Source: an uncultured bacterium (lineage in GTDB: Bacteria > Krumholzibacteriota > Krumholzibacteriia > JACNKJ01). From it: a stretch of DNA of 64,000 bases. Shown here piece by piece: positions 1 through 8,957 of the stretch. The translations under genes and the position numbers were made by a program. The notes under the pieces were generated by a model. It was not told where the DNA came from, ran no database searches, and saw nothing but the letters and a program-made list of their open reading frames with translations. The DNA lies in the NCBI GenBank assembly GCA_963695095.1, contig CAVOFT010000001.1:2272001-2336000 (forward strand), read 5' to 3'. Each line of letters opens with the position of its first letter. Position 1 is the first letter of the stretch.

Positions 1-1
1 C

Positions 2-172
2 GCGATGCGCGCGCTCGCCGCGGGCGAGGTGCTCGAAGTGCTGGCCGACGACATCGGGGTCAAGCTCGATCTGCCCGCCTGGTGCCGCGCGCACCGGCAG
101 CGGCTCATCGCCATCGAGGAGGAGGGCCGGCTGATTCGCGTGCTGATCATGAAGGTCGGTGAAAGCGCATGA
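2..172 (+). CDS. TusA/SirA-family sulfur carrier protein (5'-truncated by window edge)
   Basis: Frame 2 reads AMRALAAGEVLEVLADDIGVKLDLPAWC...; GEVLEVLADD..DxPAWC is typical of the TusA family; its TGA overlaps the next ATG (ATGA 169-172). Confidence 0.8.
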   Translation, partial: AMRALAAGEVLEVLADDIGVKLDLPAWCRAHRQRLIAIEEEGRLIRVLIMKVGESA

Positions 173-1299
173 GCGTGGCTCCGCGCCTGAAGGAAGATGG
201 TCGGCCGGTCAAGGCCATCGGCCTCATTTCGGGCGGCCTGGACAGCACGCTCGCCGCGCGCGTCCTGGCCGAGCAGGGCGTGCAGGTGCTCGGCGTCAAC
301 TTCTCGACGGGTTTCTGCCGCAGCGACCACCACCGCGCCATGGGCGCGCTGGGCAAGCGGCAGGACCCCAAGCGCCTGCGCAACGAGGCGCTGCGCGCGG
401 GGGCCGACCTCGAAATCCCCGTGCGCATCGTGGACCTGGCCGAGGGCTACCTCGAGGTGATTCTGAGGCCCCGCCATGGCTACGGCGCCAACCTCAACCC
501 CTGCATCGACTGCCGGGCCTACATGCTGAGCGCCGCGCGAGCGCTCATGGTCGAAGAGGGCGCGGACTTCGTCTTCACGGGCGAGGTGCTCGGCCAGCGG
601 CCGATGAGCCAGCACCTGCAGGCCATGCAGACGATCGAGCGCGAAAGCGGGCTCGAGGGGCTCTTGCTGCGGCCCCTGTCGGCACGTCTCCTGGCCCCCA
701 CCGAGCCCGAGCGGCGCGGCTGGGTGGACCGCGAAGGGCTGCTGCGCATCCAGGGCCGCACGCGGCGCTTGCAGTACCAGCTTGCCGCGGCCGCGGGGCT
801 GGACGACATGCCCAACCCGGCCGGCGGCTGCTGCTATCTCACGGATGTCGTCTACGCCTCGCGCTTCGCCGACCTCGTGCTGCACCTGCCGCCCCAGGCT
901 CGCCCCAGCGAACGCGACATCCTCTTGCTCAAGGTGGGGCGGCACTTCCGCCTGACGCCGGGCATCAAGCTCATCGTGGGCCGCGAGGAGGCCGAGAACA
1001 ACTTCCTCACGCACTTCTTTCCGGAGGGGCCCTTCCTGGAGGCCCCCCAGGTCTCGGGGCCGCTCGGCTTCGTGCACGTTCAGCCGGGCGCCGCGCTGCC
1101 CACCCTCGCCCAGCGCGAGTTGATGGCGGCGATCATCGGCCGCTATGGCAAGGGTCGCGCGGCCGAACTGCTCGACGTGGAGTATCGCCACGCAGGCGCC
1201 AGCGAGATGCTGCGCGTGAAGCCGCTGGCCGAGGAGGCGCCGCTGGACGCCTATCGGATCTCCCAGGACTTCGACGCGAAGGCCGTGCGCGGCCGCTAG
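169..1299 (+). CDS. PP-loop tRNA thiolase-like protein (ThiI/MnmA-related, no THUMP domain)
   Basis: SGGLDS PP-loop, NPCIDC, GEVLGQRPMSQ and PAGGCC motifs; coupled to the TusA-like gene. Confidence 0.8.
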   Translation: MSVAPRLKEDGRPVKAIGLISGGLDSTLAARVLAEQGVQVLGVNFSTGFCRSDHHRAMGALGKRQDPKRLRNEALRAGADLEIPVRIVDLAEGYLEVILRPRHGYGANLNPCIDCRAYMLSAARALMVEEGADFVFTGEVLGQRPMSQHLQAMQTIERESGLEGLLLRPLSARLLAPTEPERRGWVDREGLLRIQGRTRRLQYQLAAAAGLDDMPNPAGGCCYLTDVVYASRFADLVLHLPPQARPSERDILLLKVGRHFRLTPGIKLIVGREEAENNFLTHFFPEGPFLEAPQVSGPLGFVHVQPGAALPTLAQRELMAAIIGRYGKGRAAELLDVEYRHAGASEMLRVKPLAEEAPLDAYRISQDFDAKAVRGR

Positions 1300-1340
1300 G
1301 GCCGCTGCCAATCATCCCACCTCCCGCTTCATGCCGCCGA

Positions 1341-3080
1341 CTAGGGAGACCCTTCGCGCGCCCCGCCAGTCGGCCCGGCTTTCGCCATCGCCGCTTCGAA
1401 GTCCCTGAGCGCGATCGCCGCCGCCCCGGGGGACGCCTCGGCTGCCGCCAGCGCCGCGAGCCGCGCGGCCACGGCGCGCACGGTCGCCAGATCCTGCGCG
1501 GCGAGCGCCAGCGCCCCGCGGTCGTAGAGCAGGTCCGGGTCGTCCGGATCGAGGGCGAGCAGCACCTCCATCTCGCGCGTGGCCTGCTGCGGATAGCCCC
1601 ACTGGAAAAGAATCCGCGCCAGCTCGCGCCGACCCGCCTCGCCGCGGCCGAGATAGGTGAAGTCGGTGAGGCCCGCGATCAGGTAGAGCTCGCTCTGCGT
1701 CCACGCAGCCGCGGGCCCGGCCTCGGGGCCGGGCAGTTCGTCCACGAAGCGGAAGCTCGTCACCGCGGGGATGAAGAGCGGCAGCGCCTCCCCCTGGTAG
1801 AGCGCCCGCTCCAGCGGCAGGAACTGGACGCGCCGCCCGCTGGGCTCGGCCCGCAAGCCCACGGCCAGGTCCACGGCCTGGCCCCTCGGCGCCGCGACGA
1901 CCAGCACGTCTCCCGCCGGTGGCCGCTTGGCCTCGCGCAACTCGCGGAGCGCCTCCTTCACCATGGCCCCGTAGCGCAGCATGGGATCGGCCTGCAGCGT
2001 GCCCTCGAGCAAGAGCGCGCTGCGCGCCTGGGTCCGCCAGCCCGTGACGAGCAGGAACAGGATGGGCAGCGCCAGCGCCCAGCGCGCCAGCCCCCGCGGC
2101 AAGCGCTCCAGCCCGGCGGCGGCGAGCAACAGGAGCGGCGCCAGCGGCAGGTACAGATAGTAGAGATAGCTGTGCCGCACGAGCGGCAAGACGGGCGCGA
2201 GGAAGAGCAGGGCGATCAGCGCCGCGGCGGCGATGGCCGGCCGCCAGCTCCGACGCCGCCAGGCGAGCAGCGCGAGCAGGGCGGGCAGCAGCGCCCCCCA
2301 GCGCCAGAGCGCCGGCTCGTACTGCGGCGCCTGATCGGGAAAGGGCACCCAGACGCGCAGCAGCCAGGCGCTGTAGGTGAGCGCGTTCCAGAGGATGTTC
2401 ACCCCGTAGACCGAGGCATAGGGATCCCCGGGCGGCCGCGGCGTCAGCGCTCCGCCCGTATACAGGAGCAGGAAGCCGGGCGCCAGCGCCGCGAGCGCGC
2501 GCAGCCGGCGCGCCCGCGATCTGCCCGCCCCCGTCGGCAGCAGGAGCGCGGCGATGGGCAGCATGAAGGCGGCTTCCTTGCTCAAAATCGCCGCCAGGTA
2601 GAGGACGAGCGCGGCGAGTTCCCAGCGCCGCCCCGGTCGCAGCCAGGCCAGCAGCGCGGCGATGGTGAAGGTGGTCATCAGCACGTCCTGCACGCCGCTG
2701 ATCCAGTGCAGGCAGGTGAAGGCCACGGGCGAAAAGAGGAAGAGCAGCGCGGCGATGAAGGCGCCTCGCTCGCCCAGCCCCAGCCGTCGCGCCAGACGCG
2801 CGAGCAGCCAGGCGTTGGCCGCGTGGAGGAGCAGGATCACCAGGTGGAAGAGCGCCGGCCGTTCGCTGAAGAGCTGCCAGCAGACCGTGAAGAAGACCCG
2901 CACGGAGAGCAGGCGGCGGGTGCCCATGCCCCAGGGCACGAGGCCGTCGGCGCGCATCAGGAAGAGCAGGTCGTCCGAGCTGAAGAAGACGGCGAGGGCC
3001 CCCCGATAGAGGGCCAGCGTCAGGGCCGCGAGCAGCAGGGCAAAGAGCCCTTCCCTCAGCGCGCCGCGGCCGTCGGCCAT
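1341..3080 (-). CDS. Multi-pass GT-C-fold glycosyltransferase-like membrane protein with C-terminal TPR-like helices (TMTC-like)
   Basis: DD motif after the first TM, FHLVILLLH, WISG..D, LSKE motifs, many TM segments, TPR-like end (LALDPDDPDLLYDRG). Start taken at ATG 3080, just after the ftsY stop. Confidence 0.6.
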   Translation of the reverse strand: MADGRGALREGLFALLLAALTLALYRGALAVFFSSDDLLFLMRADGLVPWGMGTRRLLSVRVFFTVCWQLFSERPALFHLVILLLHAANAWLLARLARRLGLGERGAFIAALLFLFSPVAFTCLHWISGVQDVLMTTFTIAALLAWLRPGRRWELAALVLYLAAILSKEAAFMLPIAALLLPTGAGRSRARRLRALAALAPGFLLLYTGGALTPRPPGDPYASVYGVNILWNALTYSAWLLRVWVPFPDQAPQYEPALWRWGALLPALLALLAWRRRSWRPAIAAAALIALLFLAPVLPLVRHSYLYYLYLPLAPLLLLAAAGLERLPRGLARWALALPILFLLVTGWRTQARSALLLEGTLQADPMLRYGAMVKEALRELREAKRPPAGDVLVVAAPRGQAVDLAVGLRAEPSGRRVQFLPLERALYQGEALPLFIPAVTSFRFVDELPGPEAGPAAAWTQSELYLIAGLTDFTYLGRGEAGRRELARILFQWGYPQQATREMEVLLALDPDDPDLLYDRGALALAAQDLATVRAVAARLAALAAAEASPGAAAIALRDFEAAMAKAGPTGGAREGSP

Positions 3081-3081
3081 C

Positions 3082-4026
3082 TCAATCTCCCGCGAGCAGG
3101 GCGGCGGCAAAGAGGCCCGGGTCGAAGGGCGCCAGGTCCTCGAGGGTCTCGCCGAGGCCGACCCAGCGCACGGGAATGCCCAGCTCGCGCCCGATGGCGA
3201 GCACGACGCCGCCCTTCGCCGTGCCGTCGAGCTTGGCGAGCACGATCCCCGTCACCTCGGTGGCCTCCTTGAACACGCGCGACTGCTCGATGGCGTTCTG
3301 GCCCGTGTTGGCGTCGATGACGAGCAGCACCTCCTGCGGCGCGCCGGGCACTTCGCGGCCGATCACGCGGCGGATCTTGGCGAGCTCGGCCATCAGGTGC
3401 GCCTTGTTGTGGAGGCGCCCCGCCGTGTCGATGATGACCACGCCCGCCCCCCGCGCCTTCGCCGCCGCGAGGGCGTCGTGGGCCACGGCCGCCGGGTCGG
3501 CGCCGGGCGCATGCCGCACGATGTCGCAGCCCAAGCGCTCGGCCCAGATCGCGAGCTGGTCCCCCGCCGCGGCGCGGAAGGTATCGGCCGCGGCGAAGAG
3601 CACCTTGCGGCCCGCCTGCTGATGTTGCCAGGCCAGCTTGGCCGCGGTGGTCGTCTTGCCCACGCCGTTGACGCCGACCAGGAGGATCACCCAGGGCGCG
3701 CCGCCGGCCGGCACCGCCGCCGCGCCCGCTGTCTGCGGGTCCAGGCCGGCCAGCTCGGACTCGATGACCTCGCGCAATACCGCCAGCACAGCCGCAAAGT
3801 CATCGCCGCGGGCGCCCGCGGCCGAGAGCCGCTGCCTCGCGCGCTCGCTGACCTCCAGGGCCAGCTCGGCGCCGAGATCCGCTTCGATGAGCAGTTCCTC
3901 GAGTTGCTCGAAGACGGCCGGCGACAGCTCGGCGCGTCCGCCCCCAGGAAAGAGGGTCTCCACGCGCTCGACCAGCTGCGTGCGCGTCTTGCCGAGCCCC
4001 GCCTTCAGCTTGGCGAACAGGTTCAC
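3082..4026 (-). CDS. ftsY: Signal recognition particle receptor FtsY
   Basis: GVNGVGKTT, DTFRAAA, DTAGR, KLDGTAKGG. Confidence 0.97.
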   Translation of the reverse strand: MNLFAKLKAGLGKTRTQLVERVETLFPGGGRAELSPAVFEQLEELLIEADLGAELALEVSERARQRLSAAGARGDDFAAVLAVLREVIESELAGLDPQTAGAAAVPAGGAPWVILLVGVNGVGKTTTAAKLAWQHQQAGRKVLFAAADTFRAAAGDQLAIWAERLGCDIVRHAPGADPAAVAHDALAAAKARGAGVVIIDTAGRLHNKAHLMAELAKIRRVIGREVPGAPQEVLLVIDANTGQNAIEQSRVFKEATEVTGIVLAKLDGTAKGGVVLAIGRELGIPVRWVGLGETLEDLAPFDPGLFAAALLAGD

Positions 4027-7000
4027 GAGGCCGCGCCCGCCGCGCGGGCGGCATCGAAGTCGTCCGGCACGTCTTCCAGGGCCACGCTGACCAGCTTGGA
4101 GACGCCGCTCTCTTCCATGGTGACGCCGTAGAGGTGACCCGCCGCCTCCATCGTGCGCTTGTTGTGCGTGATCACCACGAACTGCGTGCGCGCGCTGAAC
4201 TCACGCACGAGCTTGGTGAAGCGCGCGATGTTGGCGTCGTCCAGCGGCGCGTCCACCTCGTCGAAGACGCAGAAGGGACTGGGCTGGCTCAGGTACACGG
4301 CGAAGAGCAGCGCGAGCGCGGTCAGCGTCTTCTCGCCGCTGGATAGGAGCTGCACCGTGCTGATGTTCTTTTCGCGCGGCTTGGCGGTGACCACGATGTC
4401 GCCCTCGAGCGGATCGTCGGGATCCACGGTGAAGGCCAGATCCGCCTCGCCGCCATCGAAGAGCGTCAGGAAGATCTGGATGAAGTTCTCGCGGATCACC
4501 TTGAAGCTCTCGGTGAAGCGCTGCTTTGCCTCGGTGTTGATCGCGCGGATCGTCTCCAGGAGCTGCTCGCGCGCGGCGACGAGGTCCGCCTGCTGCGCGA
4601 GCAAGAACTCGTAGCGCCCGTTCTTCTCGGTGAATTCCTCGAGCGCGAGCAAGTTCACCACGCCCAGGCGCGCCAGCTTCTCCTTGAGCGCACTCACGGC
4701 CTCGGCCAGGCTCTGGCCTTCCGCGGGCGCATAGCCGGCCGGATCCGCGGTGGGGTCGACAGCCGGATCGAGCTCGGCCCCCAGCTCTTCGCGCACGCGC
4801 GTCTGCAAGTCCTCCATCTTGACGCCGAGGGTGCTGATCTCGAGCTCGAGCGCGTGGGCGGCCTGCTCGCTCTCGCGCTGGGCCTCGCGCAGCCGGCGGC
4901 CCTCGGCCTGGCGCTCGCCGGCCGCTTCGCGGAGGCCGGTGATCTCGCCGAGCAGGGCCTCGGCCTCGCCGCGCTTCTCCTCGAGACCACGCCGCTCATT
5001 GCCCAGGCCCTCGCGCAGCGCCTGGGCCCGCTCGCGCAGGCTGAGCACCTGGCCGCGACTCTCGGCCGCCCCGCTCTCGCTGCTCTCGCGACGCGACCAC
5101 TGGCCCGCCAGGTTGCGCTCGAGGTTCTCCTCGCGCAGGCGCAGGTTATCGCGGCGCCCGCGGGCAGCCGTTTTCTCGAGCCGCCGCTCCGTGACGCGGC
5201 CCCGCGCGCCCCCGAGCTCCCGCTCCAGGCGCGCCACTTCGGTCTCGAGAGCCGGCAGGTCGATGGCCTCCCCGGGCTGCTCTTCGCCGAGCTGCGCGAG
5301 CCCGCTTTCGGCGGCGGCCAGCGCCTCGGCGAAGGCCAGGGCCTGGCGCCCCTGCAGCGCGCGCTCGTCGGCTACGGCCTGCGCCTCCTCTTCGCTGCGC
5401 GCGAGGCGCGTCTCCACCCGGGCTCGTTCCGTTTCGCGCTCGGCAAGCCGCGCCCGCGCGGCGGGCAGTTCCGCATCCAGGGCCTCGAGGGCCGCGCGCA
5501 GGCGCCCTTGCGTCTCCTGATGGTCGGCGCGCGCCGCCAGCAGGCGCTCCCGCTGCGGGGCCAGCGCGGCCAGCTCCCGCTCGAGCACGGCGATCTCCTC
5601 GCCGCGGCCCAGCGGCCGACTCTCCTCCGGGCCCGTGCTGCCGCCCGCCACCAGTCCCCGCTGGAAGACGAAGCCCTCGGGCGTGACGATCACCAGCTCC
5701 TCGCCGCCGGGGGCGGCCAGGGCCGCGCGCGCCGTCTCGGCGTCGGGCGCCAGCTGGTGGCGCGCGAGCAAGCGGGCGAGCGCGGCATGCAACTCCGGTG
5801 GGCCGTCGACGAAATCGATCAGCTGCCGGCAGCCTGCGGGGGCGGCCGCCGCCGGTCGAGGCGCCGGGGCGACACCGGCCAGCTCGATGAGCAGGGCGCG
5901 ACCGCCTTCCTCGTCGCGGAGCTGCTCGAGCCAGCTCAGGCCGCGCCCGCCCTTGACGACCAGCGCACCGAGCTCGCGCTCCAGCGCGCACTCGATGGCC
6001 AGGCGGTAGCGATCCTCGACACGCAGCATGTCGCCAAGGGCGCCGACCAGGGCGCTGTCGCCGGCGTGCCGCTCCAGCAGTCGGCGGGTTCCCTCCGGGA
6101 AGCCGGCGCCCTCATCGCGGAGCCGCACGAGCAGCTCGTGGCGCGCCGCGGCCTTCTCGGCTTTCAGGTCCAGCTCCCGGAGAAGGGCTTCCACTTCGAG
6201 ACGGCCGGTCTCGTTCTGCTCGCGCTCGGCGCGCAGCGAGGCCAGGCGACTCTGCAAGCCGAGCAGCGTGGCGGCCGCCGCCGCCTCGCTCTGCCTGAGC
6301 CCACCCAGCTCCCCCTCGCGCTGCGCGCTCTGCGCAGCCAGGCTCTCGGCCTCCGCCTCGAGTTCGAGCTGCCGGCGCTGACCGGCTGCCAGGCGCTCGC
6401 GCAAGCGCTCCACCTCGCCGCCGGTCTCCGCGCGCTGCCGCGCGAAGTCGAGCTGGAGCTGTTTCTCGCGCGTGAGCAGGCCCCGGCGCTCGCCGAAGCG
6501 GGTCTCCAGGTCGCCCAGGTCGGCCTCGGCGGCGGCGAGCTCCCCCTCCAGGCGCTCGGCGAGCGCTTCGAGCTCGCTGCGCTCGGCCTCCAAGTCCCGG
6601 CGCTCGATCTCCAGGCGGGCGATGGCCTCGGCGGCCAGGCGAGCCTCCTGCTCGAGCTGGGCGACCTGCCGCTCCTCGGCGCGGGCGCGCTCGTCGAGCA
6701 CCGCCAGCTCCTCCTCGCGGCTGCGGTAGGCGCCCGTGGCCTCGTCCAGGGCGTCGCGGCGGCGCTTGTACTCCTCCTCGCGCGCGACGAGCTCCAGCTG
6801 CTGGGCGGCCAGGGCCGCTTCCAGGCTCGCCACGCGGGCTTCGCTCTCGCGGCTCGCATCGCTGACGCCCTCCTGGCGGCGCCGCAGCTCGCGCTGGCGC
6901 TGCCAGTAGCCGTGGAGCTGGGCGGCGGCGAGCTGGCGCTCGGCGGCGGTCAGCTCTTCTTTCACGCGCTGGTAGCTGCGCGCGCGGCTCACCTGCACTT

Positions 7001-7616
7001 TCAGCGATCGCACGGATTTGCCCAGCTCATCGAGAATGTCGGCCAGGCGGGTCAAGTCGCCCTCGGTGGCCGCGAGCTTGGCCAGGCTCTCCTTGCGCCG
7101 CAGCTTGTAGCGCATGACGCCGCTGGCCTCCTCGAAGAGCAGCCGGCGCTTGTCGCCCGACTCGGCGAGGATGTCCTTGACCATGCCCAGCTCGATGATC
7201 GAGTAGACGTGGTTGCCCAGGCCCGTGCCGGCGAGCAGATCGCGGATCTCGTGCAGGCGATAGGGCTGGCGGTTGAGGAAGTACTCGCTGCCGCCCGCGC
7301 GCGTCACGCGCCGCGTGATGCTGATCTCGTCGTACTCGACGGGCAGGCTCTCGCTGGCCCCCGTGAAGCTGAGCGTCACTTCGGCGAAGCCCATGGGGGC
7401 CCGACGCTTGGTGCCGTCGAAGATGACGTTCTCCATCTTCGTGCCGCGCAGGAGCTTCGCGCTCTGCTCGCCGAGCACCCAGCGAATCGCGTCGACGATG
7501 TTCGACTTGCCGCAGCCGTTGGGCCCGAGGACGGCCGTGATCCCCTGCTCGAAGTCCAGCGCGGTCTTGCCCATGAAGGACTTGAAGCCGAGCATTTCCA
7601 GTCTCGATAGGCGCAC
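4023..7616 (-). CDS. smc: Chromosome segregation protein SMC
   Basis: GFKSF, GPNGCGKSN Walker A, long coiled coils with hinge, LSSGE signature, FDEVDAPLD Walker B/D-loop, ITH. Confidence 0.97.
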   Translation of the reverse strand: MRLSRLEMLGFKSFMGKTALDFEQGITAVLGPNGCGKSNIVDAIRWVLGEQSAKLLRGTKMENVIFDGTKRRAPMGFAEVTLSFTGASESLPVEYDEISITRRVTRAGGSEYFLNRQPYRLHEIRDLLAGTGLGNHVYSIIELGMVKDILAESGDKRRLLFEEASGVMRYKLRRKESLAKLAATEGDLTRLADILDELGKSVRSLKVQVSRARSYQRVKEELTAAERQLAAAQLHGYWQRQRELRRRQEGVSDASRESEARVASLEAALAAQQLELVAREEEYKRRRDALDEATGAYRSREEELAVLDERARAEERQVAQLEQEARLAAEAIARLEIERRDLEAERSELEALAERLEGELAAAEADLGDLETRFGERRGLLTREKQLQLDFARQRAETGGEVERLRERLAAGQRRQLELEAEAESLAAQSAQREGELGGLRQSEAAAAATLLGLQSRLASLRAEREQNETGRLEVEALLRELDLKAEKAAARHELLVRLRDEGAGFPEGTRRLLERHAGDSALVGALGDMLRVEDRYRLAIECALERELGALVVKGGRGLSWLEQLRDEEGGRALLIELAGVAPAPRPAAAAPAGCRQLIDFVDGPPELHAALARLLARHQLAPDAETARAALAAPGGEELVIVTPEGFVFQRGLVAGGSTGPEESRPLGRGEEIAVLERELAALAPQRERLLAARADHQETQGRLRAALEALDAELPAARARLAERETERARVETRLARSEEEAQAVADERALQGRQALAFAEALAAAESGLAQLGEEQPGEAIDLPALETEVARLERELGGARGRVTERRLEKTAARGRRDNLRLREENLERNLAGQWSRRESSESGAAESRGQVLSLRERAQALREGLGNERRGLEEKRGEAEALLGEITGLREAAGERQAEGRRLREAQRESEQAAHALELEISTLGVKMEDLQTRVREELGAELDPAVDPTADPAGYAPAEGQSLAEAVSALKEKLARLGVVNLLALEEFTEKNGRYEFLLAQQADLVAAREQLLETIRAINTEAKQRFTESFKVIRENFIQIFLTLFDGGEADLAFTVDPDDPLEGDIVVTAKPREKNISTVQLLSSGEKTLTALALLFAVYLSQPSPFCVFDEVDAPLDDANIARFTKLVREFSARTQFVVITHNKRTMEAAGHLYGVTMEESGVSKLVSVALEDVPDDFDAARAAGAAS

Positions 7617-7637
7617 GCTTGTTCTCCGCTGCTAGGG

Positions 7638-8957
7638 CTAGGGTGTCACGATGCGGCAGTAGTCCTCGCCCGCGCGGTCGAGGAGGGAGTCCCGGCAGGC
7701 GGCGGCGCCCGCGAGATCGGCGAAGGGTCCCAGCCAGAGGCGGTACCAGCTCAGCCCCTCGACCAGGGCCGGCGCCAGGCGGACGCCGACGCGCTGCGCG
7801 GCGGGCGCGCGGGCGGCCTGGGCGGCGATCGCACTGTCGCGGAAGGACTCCAGGTGGACATAGAAAGGGCCGGGCGCCGTGAGGAGGCGACTCCAGGCTC
7901 CCGCCGGCTCGAATCGCCGCAGGAGACCGCCCTCCCCCGCGGCGACAGGCCTGGGCACCGCGACAGGGGTCGCGGCGGCCGGAGTCGCCGTGGCGAGCGT
8001 CGCCGTGGCTGTCGGGGCGGCTACCGGCGAGCCGAGCCCGGCCGGGGCAGCCTGGAGAGGCTCCCGGCCCGGCGCTCCCGTTGCCGGCTCCGGCTCGGCG
8101 CTCGCGGACGCCGTGCTGCTGGACTCGCGGTGCTGCGCCGCGTAGGGCAGCTGGGCCGGGGCGGGGAGGGGCGAAAAAGTGTCGCCGGCCCCGCGCTCGA
8201 CGGTGGAGCCCGCCGCCTGCTCGCCATGGTCCCGGGGACCGGTGATGAGGTAGATGCCGAGCAGGAGCAGCATGGCCCCCGCCGGCAGCAGGAGGACGGG
8301 CCACAGGCGCCGCCCGCGCTGCCGCCGCGCGCCCGGGCCCCCACGCGGCGCCCGGAGCGCCGCCGGCTCCTCCAGAGGGGCCGCTGCCGGCGCTTCGGCC
8401 TCGAGCAGCAATCGGAAGTGGCAGGCCTGGCGCAGGGCGGGCAGCAAGCCCTCGGCATTGCCCGCATCGGCGAGCAGCAGGACGCGCTCGGCCTCCCCGA
8501 GCAGACGGCTGAGGGTCAGCGCGGGTTCGTCGGGAGAATCGAGCGGCAGAGCCCAGCGGCCACCCGCCGGAATCCAGAGCCCCGCGCAGTGCGGCCGCTC
8601 CTGAGCGGCGGCCGCTGGACTGAGCCCGTAGTGCAGGATCTCGGTGAACCCCTCGGGGCTGCCCGCAAAGATCTGGTCGAAGAAGGGCGCCCTGGGGTGG
8701 CCGTCCACCACCAGGCAGCTTCGCCCGGCCGAGCGCCACTCGGCCGCCAGCCGCTCGCAGAGCTGCATGGCGGCCGCGGCTCCCCCAGCGTCCAGCTCGA
8801 TCAGGGCAAGGGCAGCGCCGCCCTGGGCCGCGGCATCGATGCTCGCCATCAGTTCGGCCGCGAGGGGCTCCAGTTCGCTGCCGGGCGCCGGCGGCCAGGC
8901 GAGCCTGCGCTCGCCACGTCCACCGCGCCCGCCGCCTTCGCCCCCGATGCCGCTCAA
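7638..8957 (-). CDS. Membrane protein: degenerate MinD/BY-kinase-like N-domain, one TM, Pro/Ala linker, C-terminal SPOR domain
   Basis: C-terminus FYVHLESFRD...WYRLWLGPF is SPOR-like; one hydrophobic TM (LWPVLLLPAGAMLLLLGIYLI); start codon uncertain. Confidence 0.65.
   Translation of the reverse strand: MSGIGGEGGGRGGRGERRLAWPPAPGSELEPLAAELMASIDAAAQGGAALALIELDAGGAAAAMQLCERLAAEWRSAGRSCLVVDGHPRAPFFDQIFAGSPEGFTEILHYGLSPAAAAQERPHCAGLWIPAGGRWALPLDSPDEPALTLSRLLGEAERVLLLADAGNAEGLLPALRQACHFRLLLEAEAPAAAPLEEPAALRAPRGGPGARRQRGRRLWPVLLLPAGAMLLLLGIYLITGPRDHGEQAAGSTVERGAGDTFSPLPAPAQLPYAAQHRESSSTASASAEPEPATGAPGREPLQAAPAGLGSPVAAPTATATLATATPAAATPVAVPRPVAAGEGGLLRRFEPAGAWSRLLTAPGPFYVHLESFRDSAIAAQAARAPAAQRVGVRLAPALVEGLSWYRLWLGPFADLAGAAACRDSLLDRAGEDYCRIVTP

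Noticed and set aside
159..3272. 1037-aa plus-strand ORF and other long track ORFs (4854..7610, 32374..35730, 42365..45097, 57940..60801, 59651..62455)
   Set aside because: Shadow frames of real genes in very GC-rich DNA; Arg/Pro/Ala-rich or antisense-type composition with no motifs.
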